A stretch of 64,000 bases of DNA from Anolis carolinensis (GCF_035594765.1 NC_085844.1:74601923-74665922); one strand, 5' to 3'; numbered from the stretch's first letter, positions 1 through 12,826 are shown. Notes: generated by a model not told the origin, from the sequence alone. Translations and numbers: made by a program.

Positions 1-228
1 CCGCTGTTAGCCCCAGCTCCTGCCAACCTAGCAGTTCGAAAACATGCCAATTAGAGTAGATCAATAAGTACCTCTCCAGCGGGAAGGTAAGGGCGCTCCA
101 TGCAGTCATGCTAGCCACATGACCTTGGAGGTGTCTACGGACAACACCGGCTCTTCGGCTTAGACATGGAGATGAGCACCAACCCCCAGAGTCGGTCACG
201 ACTGGACTTAACGTCAGGGAAAACCTTA
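1..228 (+). mobile_element. Sauria SINE (5' part outside the window)
   Basis: Same body as 48031-48361 (ctgccaacctagcagttcgaaaacat...ggacttaacgtcagggaaaacctt). Confidence 0.85.
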
Positions 229-317
229 TCCTAAAGGTTCCCAAAAGCAAACTTTCATTCTATGTGTTGTCAACATTAGAAGTGTTGCTCTTTTATATAT
301 AAAGGACAGCTAATGTT

Positions 318-796
318 GGGTTGCTGTGAGTTTTCCGGGCTGTATGGCCATGTTTCAGAAGCATTCTCTCCTGACGCTTTGCTTACATTTATAGCAGGCA
401 TTCTCAGAGGTTCTGAGGTCTGTTGGAAACCAGGCAAGTGGGGTTTATATACCTGTGGAAGGTCAAGGGAGAGAAAGAACTCTTTGTCTGTTTGAGGAAA
501 GTGTGAATGTTGCAATTGACCACCTTGATTAGCATTGAATAGCCTTGCAGCTCCAAAGCTTGGCTGCTTCCTGCCTGGGGACATCCTTTGTTGGGAGGTG
601 ATTTATTGGACCCTGGAGATTCCACAGACATATATACCCTGCTTGCCTGGTTTCCAACAGACCTCACCACCTCTGAGGATGCCTGCCATAGATGTGGGTG
701 AAACGTCAGGAGAGAATGCTTCTGGAACATGGCCATACAGCCCGCAAAACTCTCAGCAACACAGTGATTCCGGCCTTGAAAGCCTTTGACAATACA
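318..796. mobile_element. Penelope-like element terminal repeats in inverted arrangement
   Basis: Family motif ctctgaggatgcctgccatagatgtgggtgaaacgtcaggagag present in both orientations; same family as the GIY-YIG-bearing copy at 27710. Confidence 0.8.
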
Positions 797-1859
797 CATA
801 ATGTTGATGGAATGCTTGTTTTCATTTCAATGGCTGTGCCAATGGGTACATCGACACTGTTGAATTAATGCAGCTTGGGACCCCTTTAATCACCATGGCT
901 CAATGCTGTGGAATCCTGGGAGCAGAGTTGCATCCAATATCCTACAGTTCTTGGCAGTCACCTTTCCACTCATGACAACTTTATGAATGGGAAACATCCA
1001 GGTCTTTTATGGTATGTTCTACATTCTCCTGGTTTGGTGAGGCTCTAAAGCTCTCTAATTGAAAATTCTAAATATCTAAACTGTATTATACTTAAATATT
1101 CTAGATATCTGATCTTGAAAGATAAGCAGAATCACCCCTGCTTAATATTTGGATAGTAGACCATCAACAAACACCAGGTGCTGTAGCCTATACTTCAGAA
1201 GAAGGAACTGGCAAAACCACCGCCGAGTATTCCTTGCCTAGGAAAACCCTATGAAATTCACAGGCTTACCACAAGTCAATTGACTGACTTAAGTCTGCAA
1301 GGTCAACAATTTCTTCTTACTGTATAAACTTTAAATTACTTTTACAGGTTTACTTGTAATTGTCTCCATTACCTTTTTTAATGTAGTGTGCTCTGATCAT
1401 GTTCTCTTTCATCTCTCCCTAGTTTTTGATATTTCAGCCAGGTGTTCACAATAATGGAACTACTCCTTAATCTGATGAAAAAAATGTTCCTGCTGTGCAC
1501 CATTAGGATTCTGTCAGTTCTAAATTTCTTCATGTTGGAGGGATTTGTAAAGCTTCCCTGTTTAAAATCTGAAAGAACTTTCTGTCTGTCATGGAGATGA
1601 TACACTCATTTGTGTCCAACCTAATGCCTTCAGATTACATCACTATTTCAGCCCATTGACTACAATGGTCTCTAGTATTTACTAAAACAGGTTGCAACAT
1701 TTGTCTTCATTTCAACATTTTGCCAATCTTAATATTTCTTTTCTCTAATGCTGCACCTGAGAGTGGCTTTTAGTTTTAAAACAAATAAATACCCTTGATG
1801 TTATGAGCGTTTGCACTTCAATAGACACTTGAACAAACAGGTTTCCCATCAAGTTCAGC

Positions 1860-2029
1860 CAATTTCATAGAATCATAGAATCATAGAATAGCAGAGTTGG
1901 AAGAGACCTCTTGGGCCATCCAGTCCAATCCCCCGCCAAGAAGCAGGAAATCGCTTCTTGGCAGGGGGTTGGACTGGATGGCCCAAGAGGTCTCTTCCAA
2001 CTCTACTATTCTATGATTCTATGAAATTG
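1860..2029. repeat. Palindrome made of two inverted CR1 3' tails
   Basis: (tcatagaa)n tail plus CR1 3' UTR, then its reverse complement; arms about 80 nt. Confidence 0.9.
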
Positions 2030-3634
2030 AAAAACCCAATAATTTGTTTCAAATTCTTGCTGTACAAAAAAATGCATCATATAATTTTAATAAGACTCAA
2101 CAAATAAAATGTCATTTTCAAACTTTCCCCAGAATACAATAATAACTTTTCCCATAGATGCTTTAACTCTTCCTGTAATAATACAAAAGTGCTAGCTTGC
2201 TTGTGTTTAACTTTTATGCCACAATAAAAAATATTTTACATCTTCACAGTGTTGATTATTTTGTATACTTCATGTGTCATGTCAACAATGCTACATAAAC
2301 CCATTCAGTTCCAGATTCTAATGCATCAAAATGGGGAATAGTCAGAGGTGAGTTTGTGTGCACATGCAGGTGAATAATCCTGTACTGTAAATAAAAACGC
2401 TGAACAAACATACTGATATACAATACTTGTTTCATTTATCCTTCGACTTGAATCATTCTGTAAACCAAAATGTTAACATCCCATTCAAGTCATATGAGAA
2501 ACAACCAAACAACCTTTGGATTACAAAGTATATTACAAATGATGCACCAAAGATAAACATAAGTAGGGGGCAATCTGGCCTCCAAGAGATAGAAGCAGTT
2601 TGCTCAGGACTTTCTAAAGTTTAGAGCAATAAACAGTAAAATGCAAAAAGGGATTAACAAAAAGAAATAATTTTGATGCAATATGGGGTAAATTCTTAGA
2701 ATATATATTTGTCAAAGAAAAAGGGATAAACCCAAAGAACACGTATATTAGCATTTTGGAGAATAGATTATTAATATTAAGGATGAATAAATGTCTCATG
2801 GGTGGTGAGTGCACATAGAGATTAAATGTATAAAATATATTATTTTTAAATTTAACTGATTTATTGTATGTTTTGTGTTGATGTTAGTTGCGTTTGATTT
2901 GTATGATTTTTATTATGAATAATGAATGAATAAAAAATAAAAGTCCTAAGCTGAACTAGAAGATGTATAAAGATATCCATGTAAGGCTATAGTAAGTTTC
3001 CCACTAACCATAAGAGGGAAGTCATCACAGCGTGGCAATTGTGTGCACTGGCTGTCAGCCTCTTGGCACTCTAGTTCTTAATCCACTTACTTGGAAGGAA
3101 CTCCCCATTCAATGCACTAGGGCATTTTTCTAAGCGAATGAGAAGCCATATAATGGCTTGTATCCTAGGATAAATGAACAGAAGAAAAGACACATAATGG
3201 AAGATTTCCAGAGGGCCCTTTTGAATAGTGCTAAAGGACACACACACAACCTCAAATTGGACAGACAACCTAAAACTGACCCCATCTCTGACAACTACCT
3301 TGAAACATGCTGCCATAATAGCAGTTTGCTGCTCCCACAGTTGATTATGATGACGGATATAACAGAAAACAAAGAACTTGCAGAATCCCCTAGCAAGCAT
3401 GCTGGATAGTCATGCTGGCTGTTGGGCATTGTAGCAAACAAACAATTTTTTCCCCAAGTTCTGTTACAGGGGCAGGACCAGGGTTGGCCCAAGTTATTTT
3501 GCTACGAGAGTCAAATAACATGATGACATCATTCCAATCTCATATAGAAAAGCCGGCTGCAGCTGACAACTGAATCTTCCTCTAGTAGGGGTTGTTACAA
3601 GATCACATTTTTCATCTGTTGTAACTCAAGCACA

Positions 3635-4141
3635 TCTATATATATAAAAGAGTGATGGAATCCTGGCGACCGCCAAAACAACAAAACTAAACACCCACAA
3701 CCTCGAAAATTGACAACATAATCCATCATCCACGCCTCTAGGTTGATATAACAAAAAGAAAAGAAAAATAAAGTCCTAATTAGAGGGAGAGGAATAATTG
3801 TTTTTATCCAATTGCTGCCAGTTAGAAGGCTAAGCTCCGCCCACTTGGTCTCCTAGCAACCCACTCACCCAGGGGACAGGCAGAGTTAGGCCTCTCTTAG
3901 GCCTCTTCCACACTGCCTATAAAATACAAATTATCAGATTTTAACTGGATTAGATGGCAGTGTAGACTCAAGGCCCTTCCACACAGCTATATAACCCATT
4001 TATAATCTTACATTATCTGCTTTAACTGGATTATCTGGACTCCACACCTTTACCCTTTACCTAACTACCACCAATTCCTCAATACTTTTTTTCCCATACC
4101 ACCATACTTCGCCACAGCAACGCGTGGCCGGGCATAGCTAG
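3635..4141 (+). mobile_element. Non-autonomous Helitron
   Basis: A|TC 5' end (tctatatatataaaag), subterminal hairpin gccacagcaacgcgtggc, CTAG|T 3' end, no TSD. Confidence 0.8.
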
Positions 4142-5708
4142 TCCTTAATAAGTTTGTAGTCCATATCAAGGAATTATATAGGCACATGAGTTTGAATAAA
4201 GTGTTTTACACCTTTTAAAGCTTGGCTCTGCTCCTGTATTAAGCTCAATCACTCTAATGCTGGCACTAGGAGCTTCTGATCTGCTGCTGCTATTGTTGCT
4301 GCTTTACTCATTTTGAATGTTTTTTTTCCTTTTTGGAAATTACCCCCAACATCAACATATCTAAAGGAAGCAGGCAAGATTATGAGTCAAATGGTTAGCA
4401 GACAGTCCTTTCCTCCATACCATGCTGAGGCCTTCATGAACTGCCTCACTCCATCTAATAGTATAAACATCCTTAGAGACAATACCAGGCAGGTGGCAGA
4501 AGCCCTAAGTCTATCATGCTCCAGATAGGGCCCTGCCACCATCACCCCACACACACACAAAATGCCACATGAATAACACACATGAATAGCTTGACATATA
4601 GTTCTGCCCTGAGAGGGCACATGGAAAGTTAATATTAGTCACAAGATAGGGAAAAGGAAAGATAGAAATACAACTGATTTTGATGAAATGGAATATTGGT
4701 ATGAAATGGGCTTCAGCTAAGTTTTTACATTATTGTTATTACTTTTGTTTGTTTGTTTCTTGAACCTTTGAGAGGGTATTTTAAAATAATCTTCTACTTC
4801 ATTTTCTAAAATAGTGAGTTCATTGTTAAAAGGCTCTTCCTTGGAAAAAGAGTCATGTTTGTATCTTTTTTGCTTCCGTTATGTTTTTATTTTTTCCTGA
4901 TCATATAATATGTTCCCTTCTTGGTTGTTTATATTCTTGTCAGAAATTTCCCTTTGATTTATTAATCTTATGCAAACAGATTTTGTTCCATCTTTTTTGC
5001 TGAGTTCTTATATGTGTTTTTATGTTGATTGTTACCATAATTCCCACAGCTTCTATGCAGAAGTCACTGAACAGTTACATTCAGGATTTGGACCCTATAT
5101 TTGACACTTTTTTCCTTTTGACCTGCCCTATGCAATTTAGTTTCTACAGACACCCCAATGAGGTTTAATATTTGGGGTGAATGAGCAAAATTTATATTTC
5201 CTTGTCTTATAGTTTCTTACTTTCTGATTCCTACTTCTCACATTCTGTGTTCCTGTTATGTACACTGTGTAGCATTTGAGTTTTGTTTCACATCTGTGCA
5301 CAATCAGCAACTGAAATGTCCTTTCAGCATGCCTTCTGCTGAATTCCCACTAGATGGCAAGGCTGAATGCCCCTTTTTAAGAGCCACATTAGCTGAGAGC
5401 TGCTAAACTTTGGAAAGTCATCATGAGCACTTTCATAAAATTGTTGCGATGATGTGGCCAGTCACAAGCCAGTGAAACTGAAAGCAACATGTCCAAGAAA
5501 TTAAATGCAAGACAAGGAATAGGGGCCTGGGCTCTTTTGAAATCACAGATTTTGGCTTTATTATCCATTTCAGAGAAATGATAATAATAGCTGAAAGAAA
5601 ACAACCTTGATCAAGAAACTGAATATAGATAGGGTATGAATACCCAAATGTCAAGTTGTTCCCACAAAACACAAAAACACCTCTTCCATTGTGTACTGTC
5701 CATGGATT

Positions 5709-6073
5709 ACACAATGTAACACAATTTGAAAATTTTTCTGTTTGTGGTTTGAAAGTGCAATTTCCTGTTAAATTATGCAGTACCTTCTTTGAAGTTCTAC
5801 TCTAGAAACTTAATTTCTGTTTGATTGTGTGGTTCCTACTTTGAAAGTAGTTGTTCTACTCCATAAACTTCATTTTTGTAGCTGCCACACACTATGTTGA
5901 ATTGGATGAGACTCAAAGAGATATTAATTGAAAAAACTATAGCAAAATGTGCTGCAGGATGCCCTGCAAAAACAAAGTTTTTGCAGTTTTAAAAACTTTT
6001 TACATGTTTTTATTATAGAACCAATTAGGAAATGACATTTATAATCCAGGAACAAAATTGTGTTACATAGTGT
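5709..6073. mobile_element. MITE-like element with TIR cactatgtaacacaattt (related pieces at about 22612-22885, 33088-33320, 54846-55735)
   Basis: Terminal inverted sequences acacaatgtaacacaattt / aaattgtgttacatagtgt; the body recurs four times in the window. Confidence 0.6.
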
Positions 6074-6165
6074 TATTACTGTGCCCATGAGGTTCTACTT
6101 ATCATGTGGCTGGGCTTTATGCTTGTGATACACTTGGGAGTTTGCAATACAAGCAACACAAGTAC

Positions 6166-6883
6166 TGGGTTGCTGTGAGTTTTCTGGGCTGTATGGCCAT
6201 GTCCCAGAAGCATTATCTGCTGATGTTTCGCCCACATCTATGGCAGGAATCCTCAGAGGTCTGTTGGGAACTAGGCAGGTGGGGTTTATATATCTGCGGA
6301 AGGTCCAGAGTGGGAGAAAGAATTCTTGTCTGTGTTGTCAAAGACTTTCATGGCCGGAATCTCAGGGCTGTTGCGGGTTTTGCGGGCTGTATGGCCATAT
6401 AGCCCGAAAAACCCACAACAACCCTGAATTCTTGTCTGCTGGAGGCCAGTGTGAATGTTGCAATTAATCATCTTGATTAGCACCGAATAGCCTTGCAGCT
6501 CCAAGGCCTGGCTGATTCCTGCCTGGGGGAATCCTTTGTTGGGAGGTGTTAGCTGGTCCTGATTGTTTCATGTCTAGAATTCCCGTTTTCAGAGTGTTTT
6601 TTTTTATCTACTGTCCTGATTTTAGGCAGGAATCACCCAGACCTTGAAGCTGAAAGGGATTAAATGCTAATCATGCTGGCCCACTGCAACATTCACACCT
6701 ACCTCAAACAGACAAGAGTTCTTTCTCCCACCCTGGACCTTCCATAGATATATCAACCCACTTGCCTACTTTCCAAGAGACCTCTCAATGTCTGAGGATG
6801 CCTGCCATAGATGTGGGTGAAACGTCAGGAGAGAATGCTTCTGGAAAACATGGCCATACAGCCCGAAAAACTCACAGCAACCC
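6166..6883. mobile_element. Penelope-like fragments, nested and inverted
   Basis: Same family motifs in both orientations. Confidence 0.75.
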
Positions 6884-6974
6884 ATGTGTATATATCCGAT
6901 CACACATCTTTTTGGCATTATAGCTTGGCCTAAATCCAATTATTCTTACCCAGGATGAACCCATTGAATCTTTA

Positions 6975-7254
6975 AAGGTAAAGGTTTTCCCCTAACGTTA
7001 AGTACAGTCGTGATGGACTCTGGGGGACACCTCCAAGGTCATGTGGCCGGCATGACTGCATGGAGAACCCTTACCTTCCCGCCGGAGCAGTACCTATTGA
7101 TCTACTCACATTTGCATGTTTTCGAACTGCTAGGTTGACAGGAGCTGGGGCTAACAGCGGGCGCTCATTCCGCTCCCGGGAGTTGAACCTGGCACCTTTC
7201 GGTCCGCAAGTTCAGCAGCTCAGTGCTTTAACACACTGTGCCACCAGGGGCCCC
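6975..7254 (-). mobile_element. Sauria SINE
   Basis: aaaggtaaagg tail and tRNA-like head; reverse complement of 48031-48361 with an internal deletion. Confidence 0.85.
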
Positions 7255-7499
7255 TTCTTTTGGCAATATAGCTTGGCCTAAATCCAATTATTCTCACCTA
7301 GACCCACTGAATCTTTACCCACCATTAAACGAAGCGGAAAAACTGCTGTAGCAGATCAGTGGGCTTTTCTGAGGCAGGGAGTTTGACTTGGCTAAGGTCG
7401 CCTAGTGGGTTTCCATTGCTGACACGCCACCTTAACTGCTATGGCTCAAGGCTTTGGGATTATGGCAGCTGTAGTTTCCTGAGGTACCAACCCTGTTTA

Positions 7500-9250
7500 G
7501 CAGGGACGCCTAAAGGAGAAGCCAATGGACGCTCAGAAGGTTAGCGCGGGCAATGCCCACTGGAAACTCACATATAACACGGGTTGTACGTAATCTTTTT
7601 GGCTGATAGAAGGTTGACCGCCTTCTGAGGTTGTCGGTGCCTTGGAGAGCCCATTCGGGCCTACTCCAAAGGAAAACTCAGCCTGCCCACTCAGGGCCGC
7701 CACCTGAGGCGCTTCAAGTCGCTAAAATGAAGGAGCCTACCACGTGACACGGGGCAGGGGTGGGGAATCTATATACAGTACAGGATAAGCGCCAGCGCGG
7801 GACAGTTGTCAACTTCCCTTCCCTCTCTCACTATGTGGTACAGTCCATGTGACACATGAGGGGGGGAATCAATATGCATGCTAAGCGACGACCAATTGTC
7901 AGCTCCCCTTCCCTATCTCCGCCTCCCCCCATTTCTTTCTCCCCCATCTACATGGTACGGGCCAGGGCAGGGCGCCTGCGCGTTGCGCCAAGGGGCGGAG
8001 CCTGCATTGGTGTGACTCAAGCGAGAAGGAGCGGTGTCGGCTGCCATTTTGAAGGCTTCTCGCTCGGTCCTCTGCGTCGTCGTCAGCGCGAGAGAAGGCG
8101 AGGCCTATCCTTCGGCTGCGAGGGGACAGGAGGGAGGCCTTCGCTCGCTCTCTGGCCTCCTGCCCTTTCTTTTCCCCCCTTCCTTCCGTAGCGCAGGGAC
8201 TGCTAGGCCTTCCTCCTCGTCCTCCGCCTCCTCCTCTCTGCCCGTCCTCCTTCCTCTTTCTCCTCCCGCCGCCGCCATTTGCTGCTTCTCCCCGGCGGCT
8301 CCAGCGTCGGCGATGGGGACCAGGCTGCTGGGGCTGAGCAGCAGCGGCAGAGCGGGCGGCCCGGTGGCCTTGGACGGCGCCGCGGGGATGCTGAGGGAGC
8401 TGGGCGGCTTCTTCTTGGTGGCCTTCTCTTGACATGGCTCCGGCCCGGCCCGCTTCCCACAGCGCCGCCACCGACGCCTCCTCGGCCCCGCCCGCCGGCT
8501 GCGGGTAGACAGAAACAGACAGACAGACAGACACGCCGCCATACTCCTCCGCCGCCGCCTCCTCGGGCCTCTCTCGATTCAGACAAAAGAGGGAAGCTGT
8601 CACACTTTGCTCTTCCAGGGGGTGATTCGGAAACAGCTCCAAACCGTCAGCACACAAGTAATAATAGAGGACAATCCTTTATTATTATTCTTGTTGTTGT
8701 GATCTTATCCTTCCCCATTTCTTGTGAGAGGAAACTTTAATAATTGTTTTCCCTTTGGGCGCTTTTTCTCCCCCCTCCCTTGTTGTTCTTTATCAAGGAG
8801 AGCATGGAGGCCTCGTTGTGAGGAGCACAGGCCTCAGGAAGAGAAAGGCAAAGGCTCAGCCCCATGTAAGCTGGTGCCAGGCGGTGGAGGGAAGAGGAAA
8901 AGGAGGAGGAGGACTTCTCACCTTCCAGGGCATCGGTGGAGGGGATGTAGGCCAAGACCGAGAGCTCGACTCTTGGACCCCAGCCTTTGGGCCAGAGAGT
9001 AGCACCTTTGAGGGCCCCCCTTCTTGATACCCTCCTTGTCTCAATGGCCATCATGATCCCTTTCCTTCTCTCTGACAGACCCAGCCTCAGGGCGGCCACG
9101 TGCCTCATTACGAGCAGGATGAAGTTAGAAATGACTCTGCCCTTTGCCAGACCTTTGCAAACCAGCACCTTGTTGTCTGTAGCCGATGATGATTTTCTCC
9201 TTGGTAGGGAAGCGTCTTACCTCCCGGGACATCCACGCCAGTTCTGCCAC
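7500..9250 (+). promoter_or_regulatory. CpG island / promoter and GC-rich leader of C6orf62
   Basis: High GC and CpG density; E-box CACGTGAC at 7741, CCAAT boxes near 7522, 7892 and 8006 (reverse), GC box GGGGCGGAG near 7992, YY1-like GCCATTTT at 8043. Confidence 0.8.
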
Positions 9251-9852
9251 CCTTCCTTTGCTTTCTACCAAATCTAAAATTCTTCCTTTTTTAAAAAAAA
9301 TAATAATAAATAAAGCCAGGCAGCATAGCAATATAAAGAAAAAAATCTTGATAATAATAATCAGCAGAGTCATGAATCTGGGCGGGGTAGAACACTGTCT
9401 TTGATTTTCTGTTTTTGTTTGGGTTTTGGGTCAAAACCAACAGCGCCCAAATGGATTGGGTCCATGCCCATGCCGATTCCGGGTTTTTTTTACTCATACA
9501 AATTGTGATAAGATTTTCCCCCCATTCTTGCCCATTTCTCCCCGTGGTTTAAACTGTTGTCTATCAGTGTATTTTCTTCAAATTTCTTTGGGCTTTTAAT
9601 AATACTGCACAAGCGTTTTTTGTCCAACGATGGTTGGGCGACTCCTTATTTTGTTTTATGACCCCTCTAATAAGACAGTCTCGTAGAACAAATGCCAGAG
9701 GTGCATTTTTTTGGGTTGCGCCTGAGTTTTATTGATTCAGCCGTATGAGCAGGAATAAAATGACTTATTTCTGTTGTACTCGAGTCTTATGAGAAAAGGG
9801 CCCATAGCTTAGTGACGGTTTCCAAAGGCTTTAGTACCACCTGTATTACAAA

Positions 9853-9981
9853 ATGGGGGACCCAAACTCCCGGAAGAAACAAGCTCTGAACAGACTTCGT
9901 GCTCAGCTTAAAAAGAAAAAAGAATCTCTAGCTGACCAGTTTGATTTCAAGATGTATATTGCCTTTGTATTCAAAGACAAG
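9853..9981 (+). CDS. C6orf62: C6orf62 homolog, coding exon 1 of 5; full CDS join(9853..9981,10618..10794,12094..12219,12692..12826,13841..13966), 230 aa
   Basis: Translates [43 protein letters not shown], the recognisable C6orf62 N-terminus; donor AAG|GTAAAT; all five exons join in phase 0. Confidence 0.96.
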
Positions 9982-10617
9982 GTAAATCTCAGTTCTGATT
10001 GTTAAAAGAGTTGTGTGTTAAGTGACTTCAAAGCTATCACAATTAATAGTCCCCAAACTGATTTTAAACTAAGTCTGGATTATACTAACAAAAATCCATT
10101 AGTAATTTTTATGTTAAGCTTAGACTTGAGATTTTTTGTGATGCTCAGAATGTTGCTTTTGTAGCAACTGGTTTTTAGTAATGACTATAAGTTCTTATTT
10201 AATGAAATTTCATGATAAAATCACATTGTGTTGCTTTGTTTATAGATGGTTTGGGAATAGATACTATACTAAACCTTAGTATTTTAAAAGGGTGGAAATA
10301 TTTTATTAGGACACAATTGGTGGACATAAACTTGGGGAATACCCAAGATCAGATGTAGAAATTGTGGGGCTGAACTTCTTCAGTATTTTAACGTACATTG
10401 TCTTAATGCATCTTGTATTGGTGTTAGTAGTGCTGTACTTAAAGAATGGGCTTTGCCTGTTCACACTATCTCATAATTTGATTATTTAGCATTTCCCATT
10501 TTTTTGTGTTTGAATTCCCTTTACTGTTAAAAGCATTGTAACTACAAATGGATTACAGATGGATAAAATGCTATGTTCTATTAGTTTGAGATCATTTTGT
10601 TTGTCTTCTTTGATTAG

Positions 10618-10794
10618 AGGAAAAAGTCAGCGCTCTTTGAAGTGTCTGAAGTGATACCAGTAATGACCAATAATTATGAAGAAAATATCCTGAAAGGTGT
10701 GCGGGATTCCAGCTATTCCTTGGAAAGTTCCATAGAGCTTCTACAAAAGGATATAGTACAGCTGCATGCACCCCGTTATCAGTCTATGCGCAGG
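10618..10794 (+). CDS. C6orf62: C6orf62 coding exon 2
   Basis: ttag|AGG acceptor; [59 protein letters not shown]; AGG|GTAAAA donor; 177 nt. Confidence 0.96.
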
Positions 10795-10959
10795 GTAAAA
10801 TACTTTTTTTTCCATTTTCAAGCGTTTTGTTAAAAGTTTGGTTCTGGTTGTGTTCCTTGATCAAATATATAGATCAGTCAGCCATACTTGACACAGCTGA
10901 TTGACTAGAATGATGTCGAAAGGCAATGAAAAGCATCTGAAGGACTATAGGTTGACTAT

Positions 10960-11790
10960 CCTTGATCTAGGTCAGGTCTTGGCAGTGACCAGGGGAGCTT
11001 TTGCACAATTAAAACTTGTACACCAGTTCCACTCATACCTTGAGAAGCCAGACTTGGCCACGGTGGTCCACGCTCTTGTTCCATCTAGAATAGCCTACTG
11101 CAACACGCTCTACGTGGGGTTTCCTTTGAAGACTGTTCAGAAATTTCAAGTGGTCCAATGGGTGGCAGCTAGATTCCTCGCTAGGGCAGTGTACAGGGAG
11201 CACACAACCCCCAGTAAATCAGCTCCACTGGCTGCAAGTCTGCTACCAAGCAGAATTCAAAGTGCTGGTGTTAGCTTATAAAGCCTTAAATGGTTCTGGC
11301 CCAGCTTACCTGTCCGAATGTATCTCCCTCTATGATCCACCTTGGAAATTAAGATCTTGGAGACCCTTCTGTCAGTCCCACCTCCTTTGCAGGTGTGGCT
11401 GGTGGGGACGAGAAACAGGGCCTTCTCTGTTGTGGCCCCTCGGCTATGGAACTCCCTAGTGAAATTAGAGCAGCCCCTTCCCTCCTGACCTTCAAGAAGA
11501 AAGTAAAAATGTGGTTATGGGACCAAGCTTTTGGTTAGCAAATTTCTAGTGCAATAAGAGAATAAGGAATAGTGAAATGACAAATGGAGTGGCCTTGGAT
11601 TATGATTTTGGATGGCATGATTTTAATAATTGTTTTTAAACTGTGTTTTTTTTATGTCTTTGGTTTTAATGTATTTTATTTTATTGTATATTTGTTAATG
11701 GCATCAAATTGATGCCTATTTTGCAAGGCCACTCTGAGTCCCCTTCAGGGTGAGAAGGGTGGGATATAAATTAAGTAAATAAATACTAAA
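10960..11790 (+). mobile_element. L2 LINE 3' fragment in C6orf62 intron 2
   Basis: DLATVVHALVPSRIAYCNTLYVGFPLKTVQKFQVVQ is typical of the L2 ORF2 C-terminus; 3' stem gagtcccc...gggtgagaagggtgggatataaa. Confidence 0.8.
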
Positions 11791-12093
11791 TATTCAGATG
11801 GACAGTGCTGATACTAAACATTTCAATTACTGCTTTGGATATTCCTTTTAACACAGTGTGCTACCACTCCAAAAATTTAATAATAGGACTGATTTACAAT
11901 TTTTATAATAGAAATGTAGATTTACTATAAGGTAGGCTGTAATATGTATTTTGACAATAAGATCAAATGAATAGGGGAAATGTTAGTGATGTATCAAGAA
12001 AGTTATACTGGTAGTGTAGTCAACATTTTTCCAGCAACCTGTTTAAACAAGTTCTCATACTATGTTGTTGAACAGTTTTTACTTCTTTTATAG

Positions 12094-12219
12094 GATGTGA
12101 TTGGCTGTACACAGGAAATGGACTTCATTCTTTGGCCTCGGAATGATATTGAGAAGATAGTCTGTCTTCTATTTTCTAGGTGGAAGGGATCGGATGATGA
12201 GCCCTTTAGGCCGGTTCAG
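12094..12219 (+). CDS. C6orf62: C6orf62 coding exon 3
   Basis: tatag|GAT acceptor; [42 protein letters not shown]; CAG|GTATAG donor; 126 nt. Confidence 0.96.
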
Positions 12220-12691
12220 GTATAGTGAATGTTTCCAAGTAGCGTACAAATAAATCCAAATAAATTGTTAGCACCTTAAACAAAATCGCTCCTTTCTTCA
12301 GTGCCCCCTGAAGTAAACTTGTGTGTGCGCGGACATGTAAAACGTTGATGTTGAGCACAAGGACAAAATCGGTGAAAAGTAACTTAAATTACAATGCTGA
12401 TATGGGGGCAAAAGTGGGGAAGTAACCAGAAGTGATTTTTGTGGTGGATGGATTGTAGGCTTCACTTAGTTCTGGTACTCAGTTCCTGAATTCAGAATGC
12501 ATTTAAGCCTGGTTCTCATTAATGGATTTGGCGTCAATAGCTTTTTTTTTTAAAGAGTTCTTGTAAGAATCACATTTGCCCATCTTCATTGTACTTAAAA
12601 GTGTTTGTGTGACTTTAAGAAAAATAGTTTTGAATTAGTGTTTTCGATACATTTTGATTTAAATTTGTGTCTAATATTTTATTTCCTGTAG

Positions 12692-12826
12692 GCCAGGTTT
12701 GAATTTCATCATGGTGACTATGAAAAACAGTTTCTGCATGTACTGAGCCGAAAGGACAAGACTGGAATTGTTATCAACAACCCTAACCAGTCAGTGTTTC
12801 TCTTCATTGACAGACAGCACTTGCAG
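12692..12826 (+). CDS. C6orf62: C6orf62 coding exon 4
   Basis: tgtag|GCC acceptor; [45 protein letters not shown]; CAG|GTAAAT donor; 135 nt. Confidence 0.96.

Noticed and set aside
7856-9277. Many overlapping ORFs in the CpG island, including 252 aa at 7899..8657 (-)
   Set aside because: Low-complexity A/G/R/P/S-rich translations in several frames are expected from stop-poor GC-rich DNA; no recognisable domain
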